Below, piece by piece: positions 53,750-64,000 of a DNA stretch of 64,000 bases. The DNA is from Camelus ferus (lineage: Eukaryota). The notes under the pieces are model-generated. The model made no database searches. It saw nothing but the letters and a program-made list of their open reading frames with translations, and was not told the DNA's origin. Location of the stretch: assembly GCF_009834535.1 (NCBI RefSeq), contig NC_045697.1:91452001-91516000 (forward strand), in the 5' to 3' direction. A program made the translations under genes and the position numbers. Position 1 is the first letter of the stretch; the number at the start of each line of letters is the position of its first letter.

Positions 53750-54025
53750 ATGCAAATAACTGAAGGATTGACTTGAAAAAGAAATGAGCTTGTTGTATGT
53801 TACACCAAAAGATAAAATTATGTATCAGTGGGAGGAAATCTAGTAAGAGATTTTAGCTTTCTAATAATCAGAGTTCAAAGAAACAGGCTCTTAGTGGAAA
53901 TGACAGTATGTCTTACAGAGGATATTCAAAGCAAAGGCTAGAGGATCATCTGAAAAGCATTTAATAGAATTTTATATACCATTTGAGAGAACAGATGACC
54001 TTTAATATCATTTCAAATTCTCCTG
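53750..54025 (+). mobile_element. CR1/L3 3' fragment
   Basis: CAGAGGATATTCAAAGCAAAGGCTAGAGGATCATCTG…AGATGACCTTTAA. Confidence 0.45.
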
Positions 54026-55540
54026 TGAAGCTGTCTCAATGACCTCAGCCCAAACTGATTCAATCTCTGAATTCCTGTATAATATTTGTAATGCACCATA
54101 ACATTTTATTATGTACAGTCTTGGACATAGCATAAGTAATTCTTGTGTTTCTTACTATTTGGGAGCACCTTAAAGGTAAATTATGTAAAGAGATTAGCAG
54201 AAGTATAAATTAGAATTGTGAATTCTAAGAAGCTAGTGATGGAAACAAACACATGCAACTTGCTAGCAAGTGTAGTAAGAGCTCAATAACTGCATCTGAA
54301 CATGGCTTTATTTTTTATTTATGATTACAAAAAAAATTATATCAATGTTACAGAATTTGTAGATTCCTAAAGGTCCAGGGAAGTATCCCTTTACATCATC
54401 TATCTTATCACTGATTATTTCAGTTGGCATTTATCAAATAGACAGGGGCTTTGTGGATACATGCACACTTCTCTTACAACGAAAGAACCCATGGCAGTGG
54501 AAGGAAATTAAGATGAAATAAACAAATATTTTTGGGTTACTTTATGGAGATGAATAAATCTCAAGAAAAATACAATTTCAGTAAAGAGAATCTCTTGGAA
54601 ATGTGAACTTATTGTATCTCTAGTAATAATAAATAAATATAAATTTGTATTTTTATTTACCATTCAGGTCAGGACATTTTACCTTCTGCATATTATTAAA
54701 GTGCACTGGTTATAAAAGATTATTTATTTGTTGTATATTCATCAATTTCTTGTACATCTGTAAGAACTTACTCATTTCTTGAGTTTATTTATGTAATCTG
54801 AAAAATTTTTAATGGACATTGTTTGATTTTTGACTCAAACTTGCTCCTATGACCACACTCTGAATGCTGAGACTTAAAAAATCTTTATAATCATTTAACT
54901 ATCTCCCTTTACACTTGGTAGAGTCTTGTTTGATACCACAGTGTTCGTTACATTAAGAAAAATTCTTAAGTCTTAAAAATTTCTCTTAGCCATTTTTCTT
55001 TATTTTAACTACCAGGATAGTCTTTTATTTGTTCTTTGTAACACAATGCTTCATCCATCTTGTCACTCCTTTATCACTTTTATTGTATCCCTAGGTTATT
55101 ATTCTTAGTTTTGGTCTGAAACTATGAATTCTTGTGCCTTAGAAATTTTTAATGTATTCAAGTATTCTTTCCCCATGACTTTCATCAGAATGGTTTTGGG
55201 TTGTATATAACAAAATATAGGCTCTGTGGTATAAAATATCAAAGGATTAGATAATCTCCACAATTCTAGCAAATATTAAAAGAATAAACAATTGTGATGT
55301 TAGGTTAGACTATTAATGTCATGTAGAAATAGGATTTCTTAATTATGGAAATCAGTCATCATTTTATTCTGGAGTACTTTAATACTGTTTTAAAACTAAG
55401 AAGTCACATTATCAAAAATTTTAAGTGAATAGAAATTCTAAATGTTAACATAAGTAAAATAGGGAGAAATTTATTTAATAATTTTTTACATGGTTAAAGG
55501 AGAAAATTTTAAAAAGAAGAATGAGATCAAATAAACTTAC

Positions 55541-55585
55541 TTTTGATGGCACAACTCCACTCTTAAAGACATTTTTCATTAGGTA
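55541..55585 (-). CDS. Candidate alternative 45-nt in-frame SCLT1 cassette exon (YLMKNVFKSGVVPSK)
   Basis: Pyrimidine tract + ttcttattag acceptor, 15 stop-free codons in the phase-0 frame of intron 8, AAA|gtaagt donor. No transcript evidence is available. Confidence 0.4.
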
Positions 55586-56271
55586 CTAATAAGAATTAAC
55601 AGGGTAACTAAGCAAAATGAAGAAAGGAAAAGAGGAAATACCTGGGATGTCATAATCCTATTACTCAACAATAAGGTAACATAAAATTCCAAGAAGGAAA
55701 AGAAAAGAAGAGAAAAAGAAAATAAAAGTGAGAGAAGAAAAAAGGCAAAAAGGCAGAACTGGGAAGACTAATTGTACTTCTTTCAGGAAAAAATTAAAGG
55801 GAATTTAGGTGCACCAATTTAGGTGACTGATGGTCAATCAACTAACAAGTGGTTCTTAGTATCCTATTATTTTTAAGGATTTGGGCTATTCATCTGTCTA
55901 ACAGTTCCACTATTTTCTTTATATACCTAACCGTGTTCTAGATGAAATACTAAGAACAAAGCCTAAGTCCTACTCTTGAGAAGCTAACAGTCTAGATTAC
56001 TCTCAAGAGATCTTACTAAGGACCCAAAGAGTATTTTCAGATTAGAATATATTTCAGATAGCTGTTAATTTTAGATCTCTAGAAACTACTATGAATGCTC
56101 ATGTCTTGCTATTGAATGTGAAAGAAAAAGACAGATAAAAAGCAAAAAGTACTGCCTACCTATTTTTAGTTTTTTCTTATTGATTTGCCTTAGCAAAAAA
56201 TAAATATTATTACTTAGTGTGACACTTTCTAGTTTATATAACAAGGGCACTAAGTGGATATTTTCACTTAC

Positions 56272-56337
56272 CATTTCTATGTTCTCATTAGTAACATGAA
56301 GTTGCTTGGTTAGTTGTTGAAAATTGGTCAGCTGATC
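56272..56337 (-). CDS. SCLT1: SCLT1 exon 8 (66 nt)
   Basis: ctactgtag|GAT CAG...GAA ATG|gtaagt; DQLTNFQQLTKQLHVTNENIEM. Confidence 0.95.
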
Positions 56338-56774
56338 CTACAGTAGGAAGGTAGAGGGGTACATAAATAGCATTTTGTTTACAGCCCATATTTAAAATTA
56401 AACTAAAATCATGTCTAAAATCATTATGCCTAAGTCTAGAAGACATCAGTTATATTCCTTCTAACAATTATTGTGTGAGTTAACAGTTGAAATGAAAAAA
56501 TAAATTTTTTAACAATTACAAAATTAAACAAAGTGATAACATGGAAACTAATATAAGAATCTATGTTTTATGTGAAATCATTATTTCTAGAACTCAATCC
56601 ATTAATAAATAGATATGCTAGAAAGACCTTACCCAATACTGAAAAACCACATTCAAACCTATTTAAAACCTACAATATAAATCACAGTCAAGGAGTTATT
56701 GTGCCTTTCCCCTCTTTAAAATTCTCATGGCTTGAATGACCCACAAGTTTTAAATTTTTTGATTATCTGTTACA

Positions 56775-57570
56775 ATCTGATTCAACATTATATGAGCAGA
56801 TGACACAAGGTTAGGAAGGGTTGCTATTATATCACGTAACAGAACTCAAAACTGATAGGTAACTAGGGAAATAAGGACAAAGTATTATTTGTAAAGTCTT
56901 GCACCCCCTGAAACCCAACCAAAATCCCCCCTGCAAAAAAACCAAAACGCTAACTGCATAGCAATAGCATAAGACTGATCTTATTCAGGTAGAAAAATAC
57001 TCCAAAAACCTAAAGGCTTAGTTGTTTGACCTAAATGAAGAAACAGCCTTAAAGAACATACTTGTATTAGAAATGGTTTCTAGATCTCAGGGTAAGAGTT
57101 ATGGCTTAGACTACATGAGGGTTATTTTCAAACCAGGGCATGTATGAAAAACTCATTTTGTTAACTGCAAAGCATCATTAAGCATTATTATGACTTCTTT
57201 AGGTAGAAATTTCTGGTTATAATAATAATAATAGGAACAGTCATAAACTGGAATTTGAAAAGCCTATAAATGAGAATTGAAGATAGGCATGATAACTAAT
57301 ATATTTAAACAGATGCCTTCTCAAAATCCACAGGAAAGGGATAAGAATTGGAATTACTCCATAGTTTTCAATATACCTAGCAGAAAAAGAATCAACGGAA
57401 AGATAAAGGAGTTAGATTTTCCAATGGAATGGATGGTCATGTGAGATAGTGAATTCTTGTCAACAGAGGTATAAAGCAGAAGATAGATGCTCATTTTGAA
57501 AGAATATAAAATGATTCTTGCTTTGAATAGAAAGAAGCCCTTAAAAGCCATTAAGATTCTTTCCTATTGT
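56775..57570 (+). mobile_element. CR1/L3 fragments
   Basis: GCAGATGACACAAGGTTAGGAAGG (ADDTKL-like RT motif); TGTAAAGTCTTGCAC; L3/MIR3-like 3' piece at 57330-57570. Confidence 0.5.
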
Positions 57571-58023
57571 AAAATCCTATTCTGATTAATTTATGTTAGA
57601 CAAACTTCACATGAATTTTAGTAAAAGGTCATATTTAATGTTGTTAACATTTTCATTTTATATGGCATTGTCACTACATTTGAGTAGGCTTCTTCATTGT
57701 CCATAATCTAATGAACAGTTTTTGTCTTTTTTAAGCCAGGTAGAAAATCAAGAACATGAAAGCTTTGGAGGTCCATTTACACATAATAATCTTACAGGGT
57801 GTTTCTCAGCACTAATTACAGCTTTCATTACTAATCACATTTTAAAACCCAGTGTATACTAGGCACATAATTATCTTATGTGTTCAAGAGACTTCTAACC
57901 ATCGAAGACCTATTTACTGCCAACATAAATAACACAGTAGAGATTCAGGCATTCTTTCCAAACAATTTCTCCAGAATGCAACTTCTTACTGATATATAAG
58001 AAAACCATGACATACAAGATTAC

Positions 58024-58146
58024 CTTTTGTTTTTGACTTTCTACTATATGAATCTGGGCCTCAGTCATATGTTCCTGGTAAAGTTTCTGCAGTCTATTCA
58101 ACTCTTGAGAAACAGTCTGCCAGAGTTCCACAGCCTGAGTTTTTTC
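58024..58146 (-). CDS. SCLT1: SCLT1 exon 7 (123 nt)
   Basis: ttttaatag|GAA AAA ACT...CAA AAG|gtaatc; EKTQAVELWQTVSQELNRLQKLYQEHMTEAQIHIVESQKQK. Confidence 0.96.
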
Positions 58147-58899
58147 CTATTAAAAAAATTTGAGAACTCATTAAATTATTAGTAGGCTATTGCACAGTAC
58201 AAATGAATCATTTTCTTTTACAGAAGGAATTCTTGTATATAAAGACACAAAATAAAAACAGAACTTATATAAAGATGGTACAGTCATAATATTTTTGATT
58301 AAGTTTATTAATAATTATAAACTCAATTATTAAACTTAAATTTAGAAAAAATCAAAAGATAAAAATTCCTTAGTTTGAAATCTTCTTTTTATTTGGATTT
58401 CATAATTAAAATTAAAACCCTTCAATCAGAGGTAGACGTTTAAACCACTCTCCTTGTTCCACAAGAAAGTGTAAGCCACAGAAATATCTAAAAAAAACTT
58501 CCTTGGTAAAGTATAAGTTTTTTTTCTGACTGCAAAAGTAATAAATGTTTATTGTAGAAAATTAGGAAAATACAGAAAAATAGAGAAGATAAAATAATCT
58601 GATAGTTTTAACACCTGATATAATAAATACTGCTAACATCTGAATACAATCATCTTTATAAATGTTGGATGTATTCTTGTTTATAAATAGGATTTGGGGG
58701 AGAATTTTGTATTTTTTTTTCTTTTAACAAAATTGGGAATCATATAGTGTGCTGTTTGTATTGTACTATTTTCACTTGGCAGTTTATAAGAAGAATTTTC
58801 TCAAGTCATTAATTCTTTCATTAGAGCAATTCTCAAAGAGTGGTATGGGATTCCCAGAAGACAAAATTATGTTCATAATAATAGAAAGACATTATTTGC

Positions 58900-59148
58900 C
58901 TATTTCACCCTCATCCTCTCATAAATGTACAGTGGAGGTTTTCAAAGTTTATGTGATGTGATGTGTGATGCTGTCACTGCTCTGGTGGCTACCGAAATGT
59001 ATTCTCATGCTCCCATTTATTTTAAAAAATCTTAGTTTTAATTAGTAATATGATAAATACCCCACAAAAATAAAAAGCTCTTTTAAGTCCTCAATAATTT
59101 TTAAGCATCCTAAGGAGGGATCCTTAACCAAAAAGGTTGAGAAACTCT
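58900..59148 (-). mobile_element. hAT-Charlie fragment
   Basis: AAAAAGCTCTTTTAAGTCCTCAATAATTTTTAAG…AACCAAAAAGGTTGAGAAAC, the reverse of a Charlie terminus. Confidence 0.55.
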
Positions 59149-59698
59149 AAGCTAGCATACAGAAAGCGTTTTTCTCTTTTTAGAGAAGTGGAAACTAAGG
59201 TTCAAGCTTTTGGCCTACAGTCCCTCAGCAAGTTGTTGACAGAGTCAAGAAGAAACCTCTTTGTCTCTGAAATCCAAGCTTTTAAATCCCAGGTCAGCGA
59301 TAATCCTCTCTCAGTTTTAGTAAGCAGGTAAGAAGGTGTAGTGAAAAGATAACACATTTTTGGAACATAATGAGTATATACTTAAAATACATGTTTATAA
59401 GTTTAAAGGAAACTATTGCTGAGGTGTAACATGCAGCCAGAAACACACAAATCATGAATTTGTATACTAAGTGAACCCATGTAACTGGGACCCAATTCAA
59501 GAAAGAGAACATTATTACCAGCACCTAGAAGATGCCCTGCTCTCTTCCAGATACCATGAATCTCCCCCAAAAGAACCATTATTCTGACTTCGAAAATCAT
59601 TGATTAGTTTTGCCTAAAACATACACAGTCTTAAAATTTATAGACAAAAGCAAATCTGGAACCATTAGACTTGGGTTGGATTTCTAATCCTGACTGAA

Positions 59699-59760
59699 TA
59701 ACCCTGGACAGTTTATTTTATTTCCTTAATAATCCTGGACAGTTTATTTTATTTCCTTAA
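59699..59760. repeat. 31-bp tandem duplication
   Basis: taaccctggacagtttattttatttccttaa / taatcctggacagtttattttatttccttaa (1 mismatch). Confidence 0.95.
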
Positions 59761-59884
59761 GACTTTCTTTTCAATAGAATGATCATTAAAATGCCTCATA
59801 CTTCAAACGACTGCAGTTTTCCAAACCTGCCTGACGATAAGAATCATCTGGATTACTAGTTAGAAAATGTAGATTCTCCTAGAC

Positions 59885-60037
59885 CAGTGGTTCTCAAAGG
59901 ACTAGCAGCACTGCCATAGGACCTGTTAGAAATGTAAACTGAACCATATCTCAGACTTCCTGAATCAGAAGCTTGGGTGAGGGGTGACAATCTTTATTTC
60001 AATAAGCTCTCGGGTGATTACAATTTGAGAACCACCG
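59885..60037 (+). mobile_element. MER5A-like hAT MITE (a MER5-like fragment precedes it at 59814-59880)
   Basis: CAGTGGTTCTCAAA…TGTTAGAAATG…CTGAATCAGAA…TTTGAGAACCACCG. Confidence 0.8.
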
Positions 60038-60429
60038 TACTAATACATAAACCCATCATTTGGAAAAAATGTTATTTCAGTGACTCCATATTTTTAGATT
60101 TTTAAACAACTTCAATTTTTAAATATCAAAACAATACTATAATACTATAGTTTCTTAGGACAGATTGCTAGAATCTATGTGGTATCACCATCTAATTGGT
60201 CAAAGGATATGAACATTTCTAGGGTTCTTTTTGCTAAACTTTCCTCCAGAAAAAATATTACAAATCACATTTTTATAGAACAAAATACTCCAAGCTAAAA
60301 ATATTAAGGTAGGTGTATGATAGTATATTAGTGCTCTCAGCAACCAAAGCAATTACACTTGCTCTACACAGAAACTTTTGCACCTAATTTTAATTCTTCT
60401 TTGTTTATCTTGCTGTGAAATAATGATGA

Positions 60430-60650
60430 TGATAAAAATAATAGGTAGATTTATGAACTTACATATATGCTGGGCATTATCCTAAGTGTTACATGGGAAT
60501 TTAAAAATTTAATTCCCATAAGAACTCCATAAGATAAGAATTATTATAATCTCCATACATAAATAAGGAAGGTGAAGCACAAAGAAGTTCCCCAAGATCA
60601 AAGAGCCAGAAAGTAGAATGGAGACCAAACTCAAGACGTTTGACCAGACT
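60430..60650 (-). mobile_element. MIR (one of many MIR relics, also ~17840, 21710, 24810, 34230, 34750, 36290)
   Basis: ATTATTATAATCTCCAT…AAGGAAGGTGAAGCACAAAGAAGT..CCCAAGATCA core. Confidence 0.65.
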
Positions 60651-62635
60651 TTTCTTCCTAAAGCCTGTGCGTTCCACAAAAGCAGAAGCCAACATTCTTC
60701 ACTGTATTATCAACATGAAGCACAGTGACTCGTATCTCATAGATACCTAGTAAATATTTGTGGAATGAATGAAGATTATTTGTTAAATTCTCTGCATTTA
60801 TTACTTTAATGAAGCATAATATAATGAAGAATTCTCTTTTCTCTCAATTTTCTACTATAAATTGTATTTCAGTTTTTATCTGTTCAGTTTGGATTCAACT
60901 AGTCTTCATGCATGACACAAAGGTCTTTCAATCTAGTGATGAATACAAAAACAATGTGTTTCATCAGAACTTAAAAAACAAAATACATAAACATGTATGT
61001 ATAAATAATAGGCAGAATTAACATTTGATATTATTGTTTATGGATTTATTAACATTTTCTATTATTCATACTTTACAAAAATGCCTAAATTTTCATACTG
61101 TTAAAACTTCATATTTATATACAAAGTACATTGGGATTTTGTGGGAAAATTTGTTTTGAACACATCTGTGTTTTTTCTTTTTGACTGCTCAAACTTGAAC
61201 CTCACCAAATCTTCTATGAAGTAATAATCCAAAATGCAGCAAAAAAGTAGGACCTTCTTCAGAAACATAATACAATACTAAGCAAGATACAGATGGAGAT
61301 AGGCAAAGAGAGGAGAAGCTAAGGGAGAAAAAGGTGAGAAATGAGAACAACTGGATTTAAAAAAATAATAATTTTCAAGTTTTAGTAAAATTTAGCATTG
61401 GAAATTATAGCGACAAAAGTACTACAGAGAGACGATTTTTAGAGACAGGATTCTTTTTCATTTTGTTTCGTTTTTTGAAACTACAAATCTTACCCAGTTT
61501 CGCACTCCACTTTCTTTTTATAAATTAAACTAATTTTTTTTGGTTTTACTGAGGTATGACTGACAAATAATCATTGCCTATAGGTAAGGTGTACAAGAGA
61601 GGGTTATTTTACGTATGGTCTGTCAGTACTTTTCAGGAGTAATAAGAAATGTTTATTCTGCTACAGCTTTCAAAAGAGAGCATTAATAAGTCTAAATTAT
61701 TTTCATTTACTTCTATATCAACATTAATAAATCTTTCCTGAATACTATTCTAGAACAGAGTAAAAAACATGCATTCCTAATTATTTTTTTGCCTCTACTA
61801 TGTTTTCAAATTCCTTCTGTTTACACATTAAAAAAGAATTCTGGTGCTACACAATGCTCCATTAAGTAGATACAGCCTATCTGATTGACTTAAAATATCA
61901 CTTTCAAAAGCAAAGAATTCCAAAACCAAAATCCCAAGGAATTGAAAAGAAAAAGACTTTTCATAGATAATCATAAAATCAAAATCATGATACAGAATTT
62001 CTAATCTCCATTTATAAAATGAAACTGAAGCACAACTGCTAAGTAGAAAAATGGGATTCAAATCCATACAAGATACAAGATACCCAGGGATAGAAAATTT
62101 TAAATTAGAATTAAATTCCTTTACTTATAACCAAAAAATTACAGTGCTAAAAACAGGATATATACAACATAGCTTACAAATATTTCAATTACTGTGAGGA
62201 AGAAAAAAAGAGAAAAAGTCTAATTCTAAAAGAAGTATAACTTTAGAAAATTATAATTCTAAAATCTTTGAAAATTGAAGAAAACACACTATCAGAAGAA
62301 AACACAAAAAATAAAAAATGTAAATTTAGGCAAGTGGATAATTAATTATTTTCTTTAAAAATTTTCTTTGGCATTAAAATACTCTATAACACAAAAAATT
62401 ATGCCAAAAGCTAGCTTTGCAACTCAATTAAAATATATATATGGCAACTACATTTATAACACTGAGAGTACATAGTGCAAAAGTTTTGTTATCTGTCAAC
62501 TATTTTGCAAATTACAGAAAATTATTCCATTAACAACTTTGATATTCTGTTATTATCATTAATAAATAATGATTAACACAGATTTTAAGAAACTGTTTAT
62601 TCAAGATATAATTCAATATATATATAATCACTCAC

Positions 62636-62771
62636 TTGATTGGCCAGTTGCAGTTGTTCTTGAAGATTCCTGACTGTTTCATCATCTGTATATATCTCAT
62701 TCCCCATCTCTGTGCCAAAGGGAAGGGCATCCACTTGCTTTTCAACGGCATCTTTTAATTCACTGTGCAAC
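62636..62771 (-). CDS. SCLT1: SCLT1 exon 6 (136 nt)
   Basis: ttccaaag|G TTG CAC...GCC AAT CAA|gtgagt; (R)LHSELKDAVEKQVDALPFGTEMGNEIYTDDETVRNLQEQLQLANQ. Confidence 0.95.
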
Positions 62772-63145
62772 CTTTGGAACAAACAGTTAACACAAAAATA
62801 ATCTAATTTTAGTAACAGGAATTACTGTTTCAAGGTTAAATAAATAAACAGTGGGGTCTAATCATTCTTTACACAAAAATCATCGTTAAGTCAACCTCAA
62901 AATTTACAGTGTTTAATCACCATTAAATAATGTGCTGTAAGAAAAAATATTATATCACAATTTTGAATGATTTAAATTGGTCATAATTAATTCAAGCATA
63001 CATAATTCAGTTTGTCCTAGGAAGATTTTAATTTTTCAACGAAGTAAAATTCAGAAATTATACCTTTTTAGTGGATGAAATAACTCATTCAGAAAAAATT
63101 TAAATATGATAGTAATTTCATCTAGTTACTTAAATGGAAATGGGA

Positions 63146-64000
63146 TTTTTCTTTTTTTTTACTGAGGTATAAACAATTTACAATGTTGTCAATTTCTGGT
63201 GTATGGTACAATTCTTCAACCATACATGAATATACATATATTAATTTTCATATTCTTTTCCACCATAAGCTACTACAAGATATTGAATATATTTCCCTGT
63301 GCTATACAGTATAATCTTGTTTATCTATTTTATATATAACAGTCAGTATCTGCAAATCTCGAACTCCCAGTTTATCCCTTCCAACCCCTCTCTGCCCTGC
63401 AACCACAAGTCTGTATTCTATGTCTGAAAGTCTGTTTCTGTTTTATATATTAAGTTCATCTGTCTTTTTTTTTTTTTTTTTTAGATACCACATATGAGTG
63501 ATATCATATGGTATTTTTCTTTCTCTTTCTGGCTTATTTCACTTAGAATGACATTCTTCCATGTTGCTGCAAATAGCATTATTTTATCATTTTTTATGGC
63601 TGAGTAGTATTCCATTGTATAAATATACCACATCTTCTTTATCCAGTCATCTGTCAATGGATATATAGATTGTTTCCATGTCTTGGCTATTGTCAATAGT
63701 GCTATGAACACTGGGGTGCAGATGTCTTTCTAAAGTAGGGTTCCCTGTGGATATATGCATAGAAGTGGGATTGCTGGGTCATATGGTAAGTCTATTATTA
63801 GTTTTTTGAGGAATTTCCATACTGTTTTCCACAATGGCTGCACCAAACTGTATTCCTACCAACAGTGTAGAAGGATTCCATTTTCTCCACAGCCTCTCCA
63901 GCATTTATCATTTGTGGAGTTTTGAATGATGACCATTCTGACTGGTGTGAGGTGATACCTCATTGTAGTTTTGATTTGCATTTCTCTGATAATTACTGAT
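63146..64000 (-). mobile_element. Young lineage-specific L1 3' end (ORF2 C-terminus + 3' UTR + poly-A), runs off window
   Basis: ORF 63481-63711 MFIALLTIAKTWKQ…WIKKMWYIYTMEYYSAIK…YHMISLICGI is the L1 ORF2p C-terminus. Confidence 0.93.

Larger units (their letters stand above)
3899..62771 (-). other. SCLT1: SCLT1 gene, partial (exons ~6-17 and introns); continues beyond both window ends
   Basis: 12 exons of 136,123,66,71,91,92,178,99,72,75,146,193 nt, all AG/GT-bounded and phase-compatible. They splice into one stop-free coiled-coil frame matching the recalled human SCLT1 protein (~aa 97-544). Exon numbering is by analogy to human. Confidence 0.96.

Noticed and set aside
54640..54960. Possible hAT transposase relic
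   Set aside because: Similarity is too faint to support by eye; it needs a Dfam search.
55642..55657. 16-nt microexon (tag|GATTATGACATCCCAG|gtattt) spliced to the 45-nt candidate
   Set aside because: The intervening intron would be only 56 nt, below the usual mammalian minimum, and the donor is weak.
1..64000. Novel prokaryote-type system (CRISPR, defence island, operon) or endogenous non-retroviral virus/NUMT
   Set aside because: No long ORFs (maximum 159 aa), no repeat-spacer array, and no viral or mitochondrial sequence that I recognise. The content is explained by a spliced mammalian gene and interspersed repeats.

Overview
AT-rich mammalian genomic DNA, most likely camelid (Camelus/Vicugna) judging from five tRNA-derived Vic-1-type SINEs. 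The whole window lies inside SCLT1 (sodium channel and clathrin linker 1, a coiled-coil centriolar distal-appendage protein) on the minus strand. Twelve consecutive coding exons (equivalent to human exons 6-17, 1342 nt) have GT-AG boundaries and splice into one open frame; the start and stop codons are outside the window. The introns are packed with L1, L2, CR1/L3, MIR, ERVL/MaLR LTRs and Tigger/Charlie DNA-transposon relics; family names come from recalled consensus sequences, not a search. I see no prokaryotic system, CRISPR array or new protein-coding gene. The best candidates for follow-up are: (1) a U6 snRNA/L1 chimeric retrocopy with a target-site duplication (TSD) and a nested MER2-like MITE (25444-26233); (2) a candidate in-frame 45-nt cassette exon in intron 8 that would become a poison exon if an upstream acceptor is used (55541-55657); (3) an old ~300-bp direct duplication bracketing exon 9; (4) an LTR that retains a tRNA-Arg primer-binding site; (5) an L1 whose 5' end is joined directly to mid-ORF2; (6) a SINE-tail (UG)22/Z-DNA tract just downstream of exon 14.
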